A stretch of 64,000 nucleotides of DNA from Neoechinorhynchus agilis (Eukaryota; Animalia; Acanthocephala). Positions 52,768 through 64,000 of this stretch are shown one piece after another; position 1 is the stretch's first letter, and each line of letters starts with the position of its first letter. Where the stretch lies: NCBI GenBank assembly GCA_051530055.1, contig CM121342.1, forward strand, positions 344,797-408,796, written 5' to 3'. The notes beneath the pieces are model-generated. The model did not search any database. It saw nothing but the letters and a program-made list of their open reading frames with translations, and was not told the origin of the DNA. The position numbers and the translations under genes were made by a program.

Positions 52768-53157
52768 AGTTTCAGTTTCAATTAGCGATGTTTGATTCAG
52801 AAATAGATTTATTTATATTAAAAATTTTCGGCCTTTTCGTTGGTCTTCTTCAGTCAATCTACGGCTATTCAACGGGGCAACACGGCAAGCGTGATAACAA
52901 CGGCCCAATGGAGTGGCGCGGAATGAGGGATATAATGAAAACTAAAAGATTGAATGCAGGAAAAAGGTACACAGAGAATTCGAAATCTACAATTTAAAAG
53001 AAGCATTGTCAAATAGTTTATCAGGTGCAATGCTTCGTTTAAATTGTAGATTGACTGAAGGAAGCCAACGAAAAGGCCGAACATTTTCAATATAAATCTA
53101 TTTCTGAATCAAACATCGCTAATTGAAACTGAAACTATAATGAATAATTTCTTTACA
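52768..53157. mobile_element. Palindromic MITE/foldback-like element, copy 3, carrying a 121-bp insert with a 7-bp duplication
   Basis: Outer arms as in copy 1. aatctac is duplicated at 52856-52862 and 52984-52990 around the insert. Confidence 0.8.
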
Positions 53158-53301
53158 CTAAAATTCCCTAGCTAAGAGCGTCAGATTTGTTTTACAGTCA
53201 TTGATGGTGCCACTAAATTTTAGAACTTACGACAACGAGCATTGCGGTATGAAAGAAACTGCCATTCTCGTTTTATCCCAAGTAAAATCATCGTGCCAGA
53301 A

Positions 53302-56300
53302 ATGTTTTCGTCAATAATTCTTTTTAGCGTTCGCAGGTGTAGCGCTCTATTGCCCATCGCTGTCAGGAGTTCTCTTCGTTGTTCGCGAGTACAAGTTCAC
53401 CATTTGAATATATCTCGGGCCTTAGCTACAACCACTAGTGACAAGTCAACTAGTGCGAGTAGATATGAATTTCGAGCCGAAACTCAAAAATTGTTGGATA
53501 TTGTAGCCAAATCGTTATATAGCGAAAAAGAGGTTCGTTTCTCTTGTGTACATTTTAAAATACAAAATCTTCTTATTTCTTAAGACGCTCATATAGTCTA
53601 AAAAATCATTAGTCTTGCTTTCTCGCCCATTTTCGAGAACGAATTGTAATGAAGATGCTCCCGGTCAACATGTATTTTACTGCTTAGAAATATTTCGCTA
53701 GTGAGGCTCCTTTTAAAGGAGGTTCTTTTATCTGTGAGCAGTTTTAAATACAAAATCTTATTATTTCTTAAAACGCTCGTACAGTCTAAAAAAGCCTTAG
53801 TCTTGCATTATTTGTCCATTCGCCATTATAACTTGTGGTGAAGATACTCCCGGTTAACAGATATTTTAATGTCAATAAATACTTCGAAAGAGGAAGCCTC
53901 ACCTCATCAGTCATTGTTTACTGCGAATAAAACACCTAACAAATTGCTTACACTTGCGTATTTGCTCCACGTTTCTAACTTTGTCATGCAGAAGAATTTT
54001 CTCCCTCATAAGTTTTAAAAATCTCCTCAAAATTCAATTTGTTTTCTTGGTTTATTTAAATTGGAATTAAACACGAGCATAATATCCATCATAATCTTAT
54101 CGTGACAAGCATAATTAATCTACTTTTTTGTTTGGATGCACCTGAAAGTCTCAAAATAGATCTTTATAGGTATTTCTCCGGGAGCTAATTTCGAACGCCA
54201 GTGATGCACTCGAACGACGTCGAATTGAGGAAGTTAAATCCGGTACGTTTAACTCGGATCGAGGTCCTTGTATCAACATCGAGACCAATGTTCATAATCG
54301 CACTTTGGCTTTGATCGACAATGGTACCGGTATGACCCTGTCAGAACTTCAGAGCAATCTTGGAGTTATCGCTAAATCGGGAACGAAATCGTTTGTGGAT
54401 TCTGACCACAATCAAACGACGGAAAATCTTATAGGCCAATTCGGCGTGGGTTTTTATTCCTCCTTTATGGTCGCATCTAAAGTCCAAGTCTTCACGAGAA
54501 GTGTTCAGGATCGTGGTTACGTTTGGTCATCGGACGGTCAAGCTGAGTATGAAATCGAAGAGGCGTCTGAAGAACTGCCAATCGGAACCCGGGTTGTTCT
54601 TTATCTTAGAAGCGACTGTACAAATTTTGCCAAGAAAGATGTAATCAAAAGTAAGTCGTTCTTCATTTTGAGACGGCGAAAAAACAGTATGTCATTTTAA
54701 AATTCTGTATACTTGAAATGCTATTGTGTGGTATTCATTGTTGCGATTTTTCCCCTCTCGTCCAGCTAGTGGATAATTCTGTAAGCTTTGCATAGATGTA
54801 GATAGTTGTTCAGTAATTTTTAGTTTGAAATATTACATCCTTACCCTTGTGCGACATAACATTACACAAGATCGATTTATTGTTTTTTCGTCTTGATTCA
54901 ACAGCAGGACCAAATAATCAATCTAAGTAGATATTGTCAAAAAGTACAGCAATTTCATCTCGTTTCCAATCATGCTCGAAAATCAGCAAATAAACAGCAC
55001 GAAAGCGCTCTGGCTCCGCGATCCAAAGGAAATTTCGACTGCAGAATATCAGGAATTCTACCAATACATTCAAGCCGATGAAAGCGGGAGTATATCTTCT
55101 TCGACTCCCCATTACACAATTCACTGCCGTGCCGAAGCTCCAATGACCGTCAGAGCAATTCTATTCGTTCCTCAATTCTCACGGCAATCCTCATATGACT
55201 TTTCGTCGATGAGCGCCTCAGATAGGATTCTTAGTCTTTATAACCGTAATGTTCTGATTACTAATAACGCTCAATCAGCACTCTTGCCTAATTGGTTAAG
55301 ATTTGTAAGAGGTGTAGTTGAAAGTGAAGATATTCCGCTAAATCTGAGCCGAGAAATGCTTCAAGATGGTGTAATAATTAATCGCTTGAAAACAATCCTC
55401 GTTAAGAAAATAATCCGATATCTTGTCGATGAGAGCGAACGCGACCCTGACAAGTACAACGAGTTTTACAAAGACTTCGGTTTGTTTTTTAAGGATGGAA
55501 TCGCAAGAAGCCAAAGTCATAGTGAACGAGAGGACATTGCCAGGTTACTTCGATTTCAAAGCAACGCCTTGAATGATGGGAAACTTACTAATCTGGACGA
55601 GTATGTAAAACGGATGAATTCACAACAACGATACATTTATTACCTTGCTTCGGTCAATCGTGATCTTGCTTTATCATCTCCGTATTTTGAGACATTTTTG
55701 AAAACCAAACCCGGAGAGGAATGTCTCTTTCTACTTGAACCTCATGATGAGGCTGTGCGGTGGAGTTGTGATCTTTTTAAAAAGGGAATTACACAAAATG
55801 AATCATATTTCCTGGTATTATAGATTGGTTAGTAAATATTGATCGCAAAATCAGGAAAAGCTCCTATGAATTTAATACCACGAATTCTCGTCGGCGAGTC
55901 GATTACAGAAAAAAGATGCTTAAGTCGACGTCTTCTACACAAAGCTTAAATTGTATCGAAGTAGTGCGATGCTTTTATAATAGTCAAGATAACGTTTTTA
56001 TTTTTTTCCAGCCCAAACTACGTTTTCAGTCGTCGAAAGGGTTTAATAAAGTAAAGATTTAATTTAAGATAGCAGTTCCGCTTAGAACAGTAAGATTTAA
56101 AATTAAAGCACATTTTGTGCAGAACATATCCTTGGCTATCCAGCGAGGAAACGCAGCGAGTGTCTTGGGGACGGTGAAGGACAATTGAGGATAATATAAG
56201 TTAACTTTTTTAAAATAAATGCTTATTCTTAAAAAAAATAAATTAACATAATTCTCCAGAATTCTTACGCTTATAGACTGAAATTTATCTTCGGAATTAT

Positions 56301-56874
56301 GGCGGCTAGTTTTTTAAATGCTTCCCCCCGATCACATCATTCACTATTAATTCTTCACCTATCTGAATTCAATGGAAAGCGTCTTCAATCAATTGAACAA
56401 GAAGCTGATAATCAGCGAGCACAAGACGATAATGTTCTAGTTGGTACTAAAGGTGCTTTAAGTAATGAAGAGGCTCAAGAAATGAAAAAATGGATGATAA
56501 CGACATTTGCCGATAAAATAAAGAACGTGAAAATCAACACAAAACTAGCCCGACAACATCCATTGGCAGTTACGACACCCGAAATGGGTGCGGTGCGTAA
56601 CTTTATCAACTCTCCGATGAGCCGTCAATCATCATTAGATTTAAACAACCTCTGTCGCGTTATTAGCATAAATGCTGATATTAATCCATCTAACCCTATA
56701 ATAACAGCCATGTTTAAGCTGAAGACTGAACATCCCCAAATTGCAAAACAACTCGGAAACCAGCTCATTCAAAATGCAATGGTTACTGCTGGATTAATCG
56801 CTGATCCAAGGATGGCAATGGATGGAGTCAACGATTTAATTGAAAAACTTGTAAGTCGGTCATCATGGTTGTAA
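53302..56874 (+). CDS. TRAP1: Mitochondrial Hsp90 (TRAP1/Hsp75), four coding blocks
   Basis: Targeting peptide, EFRAETQKLLDIVAKSLYSEKE|VFLRELISNASDALE, DNGTGM, IGQFGVGFYS and GVVESEDIPLNLSREMLQ. Introns 1 and 2 are GT-AG; intron 3 is ambiguous. Confidence 0.95.
53538..53900 (-). repeat. Two units of the same ~185-bp repeat family as 36166-36640, in TRAP1 intron 1
   Basis: Reverse complement gives gcgaaatatttct...gcagtaaaatac...ccgggagcatcttcattacaattc...tgggcgagaaagcaagactaatgattttt. Confidence 0.75.
55755..56349 (+). other. TRAP1 intron 3 with complementary ends (candidate non-canonical intron)
   Basis: GTGGAGTTGTGATC (55760-55773) pairs with GATCACATCATTCAC (56330-56344). The junction that best fits the conserved helix (DEA-V/L-ILHL) has no AG. 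Confidence 0.55.
56114..56240 (+). mobile_element. CRE-like 3' tip inside TRAP1 intron 3
   Basis: Encodes QNISLAIQRGNAASVLGTVKDN-stop, followed by an A-rich tail. Confidence 0.7.
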
Positions 56875-58334
56875 TTATAAAATGACAAAAAAATGATGAT
56901 ATCAGCCGCATCATTGAACCGTTCACCAATACAAAAGAGTGCCTCGACAAAATTATACAAACTTACGTGGTCTTCCATAGCAGTTCCAAAGTTGTCTTTG
57001 CACTTAAACAGCTGATAACTAAATTATTTTTTGCCTTTCTTACAGACTGAACCCATTGAACTGAGTGATCGCAAACAGACTTGAATTTTAAGAAAGGAAA
57101 TTTGATTTAAAATGCTACTGGAAGTAAGAAAATGCAGAAGTGCAAAGACAGCTTCCACGTAAACGTGTATACTTTTTTGAGACAGCCTGCATTTCCCGCT
57201 TGATACCGTTTATGACTCATGTACAAGTTAAATAAACATTCTTACACACCGAAACCTAACGAACACAACCAACGGATGCGTTCGCACAGATAGGAAACAA
57301 AGTCGTACAAATACAATTCGCGCACGAGCTTGATTAACGAATGAATAATTTCTAACGGAATTTCTGCTAACAGAAGTGCTTACATTACGCGGGCACGACG
57401 ATGAATATATTTTGGATACGCCCGCGCGTATTTCCCGATGAATACTCCAACGTACACATTCGCACGCTCTGAAACCTAGGGAACGCTGGCAAAAATGTAT
57501 TGTACGTTTTCTTTTGAGACGGGTAACCAAGTCGGAAAAAATCCCATTTTTTTATATGTTTGGTCCTATCTCGTTTTAATTTTTTTTATTAAATTCCAAG
57601 GATTTTGATCGACAGTGTAACATCAATTTTTTGAAAAGATCAATTATGCAGTTAAGAGTGCTGTCCTAATCAACTACTTTTTAGAGTCCTTACAGAAAAA
57701 CGGAGGTGCGCAATAGTAGCTGGAAAAATATAAGGCATTTTTCAGAAATAAAGCTAAATTTATGTAATTCTCACCGACTGTTTTCTTGCTATAAAAACTG
57801 GATACATCACATTGGGTTTTCTGTTATTCATAAAAAAAATTCGTATCCGAATTGTATCCAGTTCCAATTAATTCGTGTATAAAACGACGTTCTACTGTAG
57901 TCGATTTGTCATTGCTTAACGTAGTTGCAAAGTGATTTCCATTCGTATTCGATCTGGACGCATTTTTAACTTGTCTTTTGGTATAGTTTTTCACTTTTGC
58001 TTGTAAGTAGCGCATTGCTATTAAAAGCGATATTCTAAATCTCCCTTATATTATATACTACGATCTTTCTTAGTTTTAACACTCGTCATTTACGGCAAAA
58101 ATCTTGCTAATCTTAAAAACTGTTGTTCATAAAGCAGAGCAATTTTTTTTACTTTTGATCTAAAATTTTAGGAATCGTGATTGCGCAAAATAGCTGTTTA
58201 TTTCATTTCCTGAGAAATGCACTTTACGTTGTGTTTTTGACCACAGCACTTACTAAATTCTTTTTTCCGATATGCATAGGACACATTCTCAATCGAAAAT
58301 ATCATTACCCTACAAATCTATTGAACAACAACAC

Positions 58335-58916
58335 TCATTTCTCAGGCGCGCATCGCCTCCTTCTCCTTCGTGTTGAGCGGTAACGCTCACTTTCATCTGT
58401 GAAGGATTCCATGGTAGCGAACAATTCTTGTTTAACCGCTTTCATTTGATCTGTTGCAAGCCATGCTTCCCGAATCGGGTGCAAACCTCCGGGAATTTTT
58501 CCATCAGCTATTTCCTTCAGAACCTTCTCAGCATCCTTTTTTGTTTCAATAATGTCCATTTCGTTGTCGTACCCTTTTGATTTTCGCATATTTTTTTGTG
58601 TTATTGGCACCATTTTTTGTTCGGTTCTCGGGTCAATATTCCAAATGTAATAGAACCAAACTACGTCTTTTAGTGATCTCTGAGGCAGGAATTTCTTTTG
58701 AATTTTCTCTAGCATTGCTCCGTAGATGGCATAACCCTTAGTAAAAGCATCGGCTTCTTCCCTTGAAAATGACTGAGGACACGACTCCCGCTCGTGCGCC
58801 AAAGGAAAGTCTCTAAACTCAATTAATTCACAATCATCTTCCTCAACTTCCTGCGATTGACAACTAGGTATTTCGGCTTGATATTGAGCTCCAACTCGAA
58901 TTGTAGCTTTTGGCAT
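58335..58916 (-). CDS. Small ELM2-SANT domain protein
   Basis: IRVGAQYQAEIP (ELM2) and FSREEADAFTKGYAIYG...KFLPQRSLKDVVWFYYIW (SANT). Confidence 0.8.
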   Translation of the reverse strand: MPKATIRVGAQYQAEIPSCQSQEVEEDDCELIEFRDFPLAHERESCPQSFSREEADAFTKGYAIYGAMLEKIQKKFLPQRSLKDVVWFYYIWNIDPRTEQKMVPITQKNMRKSKGYDNEMDIIETKKDAEKVLKEIADGKIPGGLHPIREAWLATDQMKAVKQELFATMESFTDESERYRSTRRRRRRCAPEK

Positions 58917-60660
58917 TTTTTCTACAACAGTGAAGTCTTAAATGATCTATGTTTTGGGTTCACCTAGATGCCAGTAGTGTGTTTTGGAATAGTTCTCTAC
59001 CTTTGCAAAATTTGTCCACTATGTTTTGGATTCACATTTTATATAGAAAGTTGCGCACGAAGAAATACTCCTAAAAGTTGTACTTTTGCTACACATTTAA
59101 ATGAGACTCCGCCGTTCTAGCCAATAATGATTATTAACAATTTTTAAATAGTATTGTTTAATGCTCAGTTTTTAGAGTGTCAAAGCAAGCTTTTGCTATT
59201 TTAGATAAATAATAAATCACAAAACGTTGTGTAGAAATTAGCCCTTGAAATATCGACCATTACAAACCGTTCAATTTTAGAAAATGCAGCTTTTATCAGA
59301 CTTAATAATTCTTATCTGACCAAAGTTAATCCGCAAACGAATCGTTAAGTTTAAAAAAATCATAAATGTTAATTTTTGGATAAGGATATACATCTAAATG
59401 ATTACAAAATAAAATTCATCTCTACGTTCTCTTTCCAAGTTAAGTCTTCTAAGTTTTATGAAAAGTCGTCTTTGAGCACATTTTAAATTAAAACATGTAA
59501 AAATTTATATGCAGTCTTATTTCTCGAACTGACTTTCGACACGTATTTGCTTTAAAAATGCATTTTCGGTCACTGTATTTTAAACACATTCATTATTATT
59601 GAACATCCTAAACCAATATTGCGATTTCTTGCTGAAATTCATAATTTTTGATTTTTACATCATTTATTTCTCTAGAAAGTTCAATGAGGTGTCAGATTTT
59701 TAATATACTTGATTTTAGCAAAGAAATAAATTGATTTTTCGCGACTATTAAGTGTGAAATGCAATTTTGTATTTAAAAAATCAACAATAGGTCAAACAAT
59801 TTCAAGATAATCACTTTTCAAAACTCTTAAGACGTAGAGCAATTTTTTTAATATGGTTAGTTACATAAGAGCATAAGGAAAAATATTTAAAAATTCTAAA
59901 CTACTCTATAAGGTGATGTATGAGCTAAGGACATAACAACGTGGCAACCAAGCTGCTTAATTAAAAGCAACCCGTGTTTATCAGCTGCCCTGAACACTTT
60001 CAAGCTCATTTGGTGAGTATGAATGTAAATAGTATATCGGTTCTTAGTATTTTGGCGGAAACTACCGTTAGAGAAACAGTGCTGTATTTTGATCGATAAG
60101 TATTATCGATTCTGTTCTCCATGGGTAGTGTTGTCAAGTCTCATGGGGTGCATGTACAATGTAGGTGTCCTTTTTTAGACAACATGTTTTCGTATACGAA
60201 TCCCAAATAAGTTGCACATAAAAACATACCTGATTTACAAACCCTACATACATTAATGGTAACATTTAATTGTTCGATTAATTTCTCTCCATATTTATAA
60301 TTTATTTTTTAGACTGTCTAATGCTTATTTTTAGATTTTATGTGCACACACTTCAATTAAATATTTTAAGCACTCCAACGCAAGAAATATCCGCTGCAAT
60401 TTTTTGTTGTATTTAATAAAACCTTAAATTTTTTTTCTGTCGTTCCAGTTTAATTTCGTATTGTAATACTATTAAAATAAAGATTTTGTTTCAATCCTAA
60501 TTTCTTTGAACCACGAAGTATGCAAGACTAATCGTTAAAACGTTTTTATGTTTGTTATTTACCGAAGCATTGACCTTTTGAATCTTTAAATTCTTTTAAT
60601 GCACTGAAGAAACCATTTATATATTCTGGTGGTCAGTCTGTGCAATTATCTTTTTCGCTT

Positions 60661-60902
60661 CTTAAAAACTCTAAATTAATATTCCATTCATTTAATTGTG
60701 ACCGAAATCACAAACACGATTTTATTGGAAGCAAATAAAATAGTTTTTGCAATCTAAAAAGAAGCAGCTGCGACATGTTGAGTATACTTTTAAAAGAACT
60801 CTAAATTAATATCCCATTCAGTTAATTGTGACCGAAATCGCAAATACAATTTTATTGGAAGCACATAAAGTTTTTGGTATCTAATAAGAAGCAGCTGCGA
60901 CC
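60661..60902. repeat. Diverged tandem duplication, 2 x ~130 bp
   Basis: aactctaaattaatat.ccattca.ttaattgtgaccgaaatc...aagaagcagctgcgac occurs twice. Confidence 0.8.
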
Positions 60903-62850
60903 TTTGGGGTATACTGCTCTCGAACATATGAACTTAATAATGAAGCAAACGGCGATGGGCCAAAGTTTCCATTGCCCATCATTGAACCAGTGGAGTTCTG
61001 CAAAAGTTTTGTTTGAAGACCTGAAATTGGATTTGTTGTCATCATAGCAGGAAATGCCGATTGGGGTTGAGAATCTCCACTGCCTGCAAAGTCATATATT
61101 CAATGCAGCACAAAAAGTAATACTTACCTGTCATTGTTGACCAGACATTTTGAAGTGATTGTGCAGGGGGCGGTATAAATTGGGCACCCAAATTTCCAGT
61201 ATTAATGGAAGGTGCAGGTGGAAGGGCCCCACCTCCTAATGGCGTACTACCAGTCCCTGTCAACATGCTCCACATATCGGCTAAAGACTGATGTTGATTA
61301 GGAATAAATTCTCGCCCAAATCCAGCCATTCTAGAATCATTCATTAAGTTACCAGGGGCCGCAGTGGATCCTCCCCCAGACATTGCATCCCAGACGTTTT
61401 GAACTGATTGCCTGATCGGTGGTACGTACTGCTGACCGATCTGCTGCAATGACTGCGTGTTCAGGAAATTAGACTGAGAGGGCGCATTTGGGGCTATTGA
61501 GTGAGTCAAAATATCTGTTAAAGAAATTCAATTAAACCTGAGCTTAATTGGTTCCACATGCTTCTCATCATCTCTGGCGATGCTTGATAGTTGCTAAAGG
61601 AACGTGGCGCTCCTCCACCTCCACTTCCACCTACGAAAACGATTTTAAGCCCAACGGACCACTATCACTTACGGCGCGTTTTGAGCTTCTGCTTAAGTGT
61701 TAGTAGAGCGCAGTGAGCTTGAGGCAAAAATTCATGCAAACCCCCAGCAGCTTTGATTATTGCCTCTTCAGCACAATCGTTAAAGTCCATTTTGTTAGCC
61801 CGCTTTTGTTTGTGTTTTCTTACCTGGATTAGAGTAAAAGACGTTCATAGTTGCCGGTGATTGTGGCGCGCATGGAGAAAAGCAACTGTACAATTGCGGT
61901 GGACAGCAATTTAAAATGGATTGGGGTGGAATGCAAACTCGATTGGAGCACTATCGGCGTGCCTTAAAGCTCTAAAATAAAAATAAACAAAAACTTACTG
62001 GATCCGCACATAACTGTTGGACATATTTAACAGCCGGTTGTTTCACGGGACGAGTGTCGATTATTGTGTATGATTGATCATCACATGGATTTGGTGGACA
62101 ATCACGTTCAATTATGATTTTACGTGCTTTTCGGCTTTTCGGCGGAAGCCACCGTTCGATGATTATATTGGGTTGTTTGGGTGGAGGTGGTGGTAAGCGT
62201 TCGATTATGATTGGTCGTGGCGGCGGTGGAGCCGAACGATATTCTATTACCTGACTTTGTCTGCTTTTTGGCATCGGTGGAGGATGCTCCCTGTATATTA
62301 TAGGCGGAGGAGTTGCTGGGGATTCACTCGGTTGCTGCCTGATTATAATTGGTTCTAGATTCTCCCTAGGTTTGTGGTCTTTTAGAAGTATTTGTTCCTC
62401 TGGCTCTGGAGTCGGTGGTTGAAGATATCGAACAAATACCCGTTGTTTATAGACGATGTCGTCGCTGTCAGTTTCATTGTGGCTTTGAGGGTACAAATGA
62501 CTAACCAGCTCTGAACTCTGAGTATTACGATGTCGCTCGTGTTTCCGCTTAAGATGTCGCTCGGCTAGCTCAATGTTTGACGGAGCGCTTGAGGAAGACG
62601 ACGAGCTTGAGCTGTTTCCTCGACTCATCTTCCACCTTTCGTTCGAAAATACGAATCCAGACGAGTCTCTGATTTTTGACATATCATTGGTAAATCCGTG
62701 GGTCGTTATACTCGGGTAATTGCCAAGAAGGTAGTCTTCGTTTGCGGTAGGCGACTTTATCAAATCACCGTATCCTTGTTTTGTTAGCCACTGCTTGATT
62801 TCCTCATTATTGGTGACATCTATTAGTCCGCCTGATCCAGTGGGGTCCAA
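60900..62850 (-). CDS. Multi-exon proline-rich, low-complexity protein (RYLQPPTP...IIIERWLP block, Cys-rich segment, W-x-x-M-S/T-G repeats); 3' end unresolved
   Basis: Blocks 62850-61999, ~61950-61824, 61630-61538, 61514-61128 and ~61083 onward join in frame through GT-AG introns. Confidence 0.6.
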
Positions 62851-64000
62851 AATTCTAATTGGTTAGCAAATATGAATTCGGTGAGAGCGTATATTCAAAC
62901 TGTATCGATCAGAACCAAAAATAGAATATTCTTGGGATTAAACTTGTTGTTCTAAACCTTAAAACTTTCTGAAGAGATCGATCTTATCATTTAATTTGAT
63001 TTGTCTCTTAATGTTAGTCAAATGAGGTCACTGTGGTAGGTTATTTTAGAGCAAATTATAAACCAATCTCATTGTCTTTTTAGTGTAATTTACTCAATTT
63101 TGCTGCCTATGTATTTTTAGAGTTAACCCATTATTGTTGTATTTCGCTTCTCTATATTTTCCAACCAAAATCCAATAAGTTAAAAAATTTGAAAATTTGG
63201 CCGATTAGGATGATATTTCTATCCGTATTATTACTTTATTGAACTACACTAAATCTTATTACAGCTCGTTAAGAAAAATCAAAATGCTCAACATCATCGT
63301 TAATCTCATTTGGTACCTCCCCACTCGATCAATTCAAACCTATTCATCGGGACTGTTTCGCTCAACAAGCCTTCGTATCCGCTTGACTTTAACCAGTCAC
63401 GAACGCTAATGTCGCCCGTAACTTCTTCTCCTTGAATACTAAGAAACAGAATGTTAGGCTCAATTACTCATTACGCTAACCTGGTAGCGTCAATTACGCT
63501 ATTCATAATAATTTTTAATGCTGCTGAGGCAGAACGTACGGTGATACTATCTTGTCGAAAATCTCAAATGGAAGGTGTAGGAACGGGTCGTGACTGCTCA
63601 TTCAATGGGTGCACTAGTAGGTTCTTGAGTGCTCATATCTGATTCATGTTGCTCGTTTTTGAACTGTTCGAGTGTGTCAGCGAGATGGAGTGCAGGAAAG
63701 CAAACGGAGGCACTTTGTACGTGTGCAAGCTATCTCAACGCCACAAAGGACCTGTATTAATGTAAAGTGTAAAGTGCTTTCAAACTTTAAGTTCACTGTG
63801 AATTACTAATTGATGTTTTCGCTACGGTGCATAGAAACCGTGAAACCTAAACACATACATTCGATTGGGGTTCAAACAAATTCGAGTGTCTTTATGATCG
63901 GATTCGCAAAAAAATGGTGACAAACTGAATGGGATTGCACTGAACGAAATATCTTGCATGCCGTTTTGGTGCTGGCGAATTTGGTTGCTCTTATTTAAAT

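Noticed and set aside
1-64000. CRISPR arrays or prokaryotic operons
   Set aside because: No repeat-spacer array is present, and the gene structure is eukaryotic throughout.

Overview
Eukaryotic, AT-rich, compact animal genomic DNA with short spliceosomal introns and strongly divergent 28S rRNA; a spiralian, possibly rotifer/acanthocephalan-related, origin is only an inference. Host genes: NHL-repeat/coiled-coil protein, mitochondrial tRNA thiouridylase (MnmA/TRMU), divergent alpha-tubulin, MBT-repeat protein, coiled-coil ORF, SERBP1/HABP4-like protein, myristoylated EF-hand protein, TPR and PEBP-like ORFs, mL64/GADD45GIP1, TRAP1, an ELM2-SANT protein and a proline-rich protein. Between them lie many retroelement remains: six CRE-like RLE fragments, two decayed APE LINEs, a Penelope-like element, and an R2-like element joined to an orphan 28S fragment at the R2 target. 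There is also a palindromic MITE-like family and a recent segmental duplication. Main observation: six coding interruptions in five host genes have mutually complementary ends (about 10-15 bp stems) and fit poorly, or in one case not at all, with GT-AG splicing, while the strong GTAAG...AG introns I checked show no such stems. This suggests a class of structure-defined, non-canonical (introner-like) introns. It is inferred from DNA only; spliced RNA reads are needed to confirm it. Identity values quoted are eyeballed, not computed.
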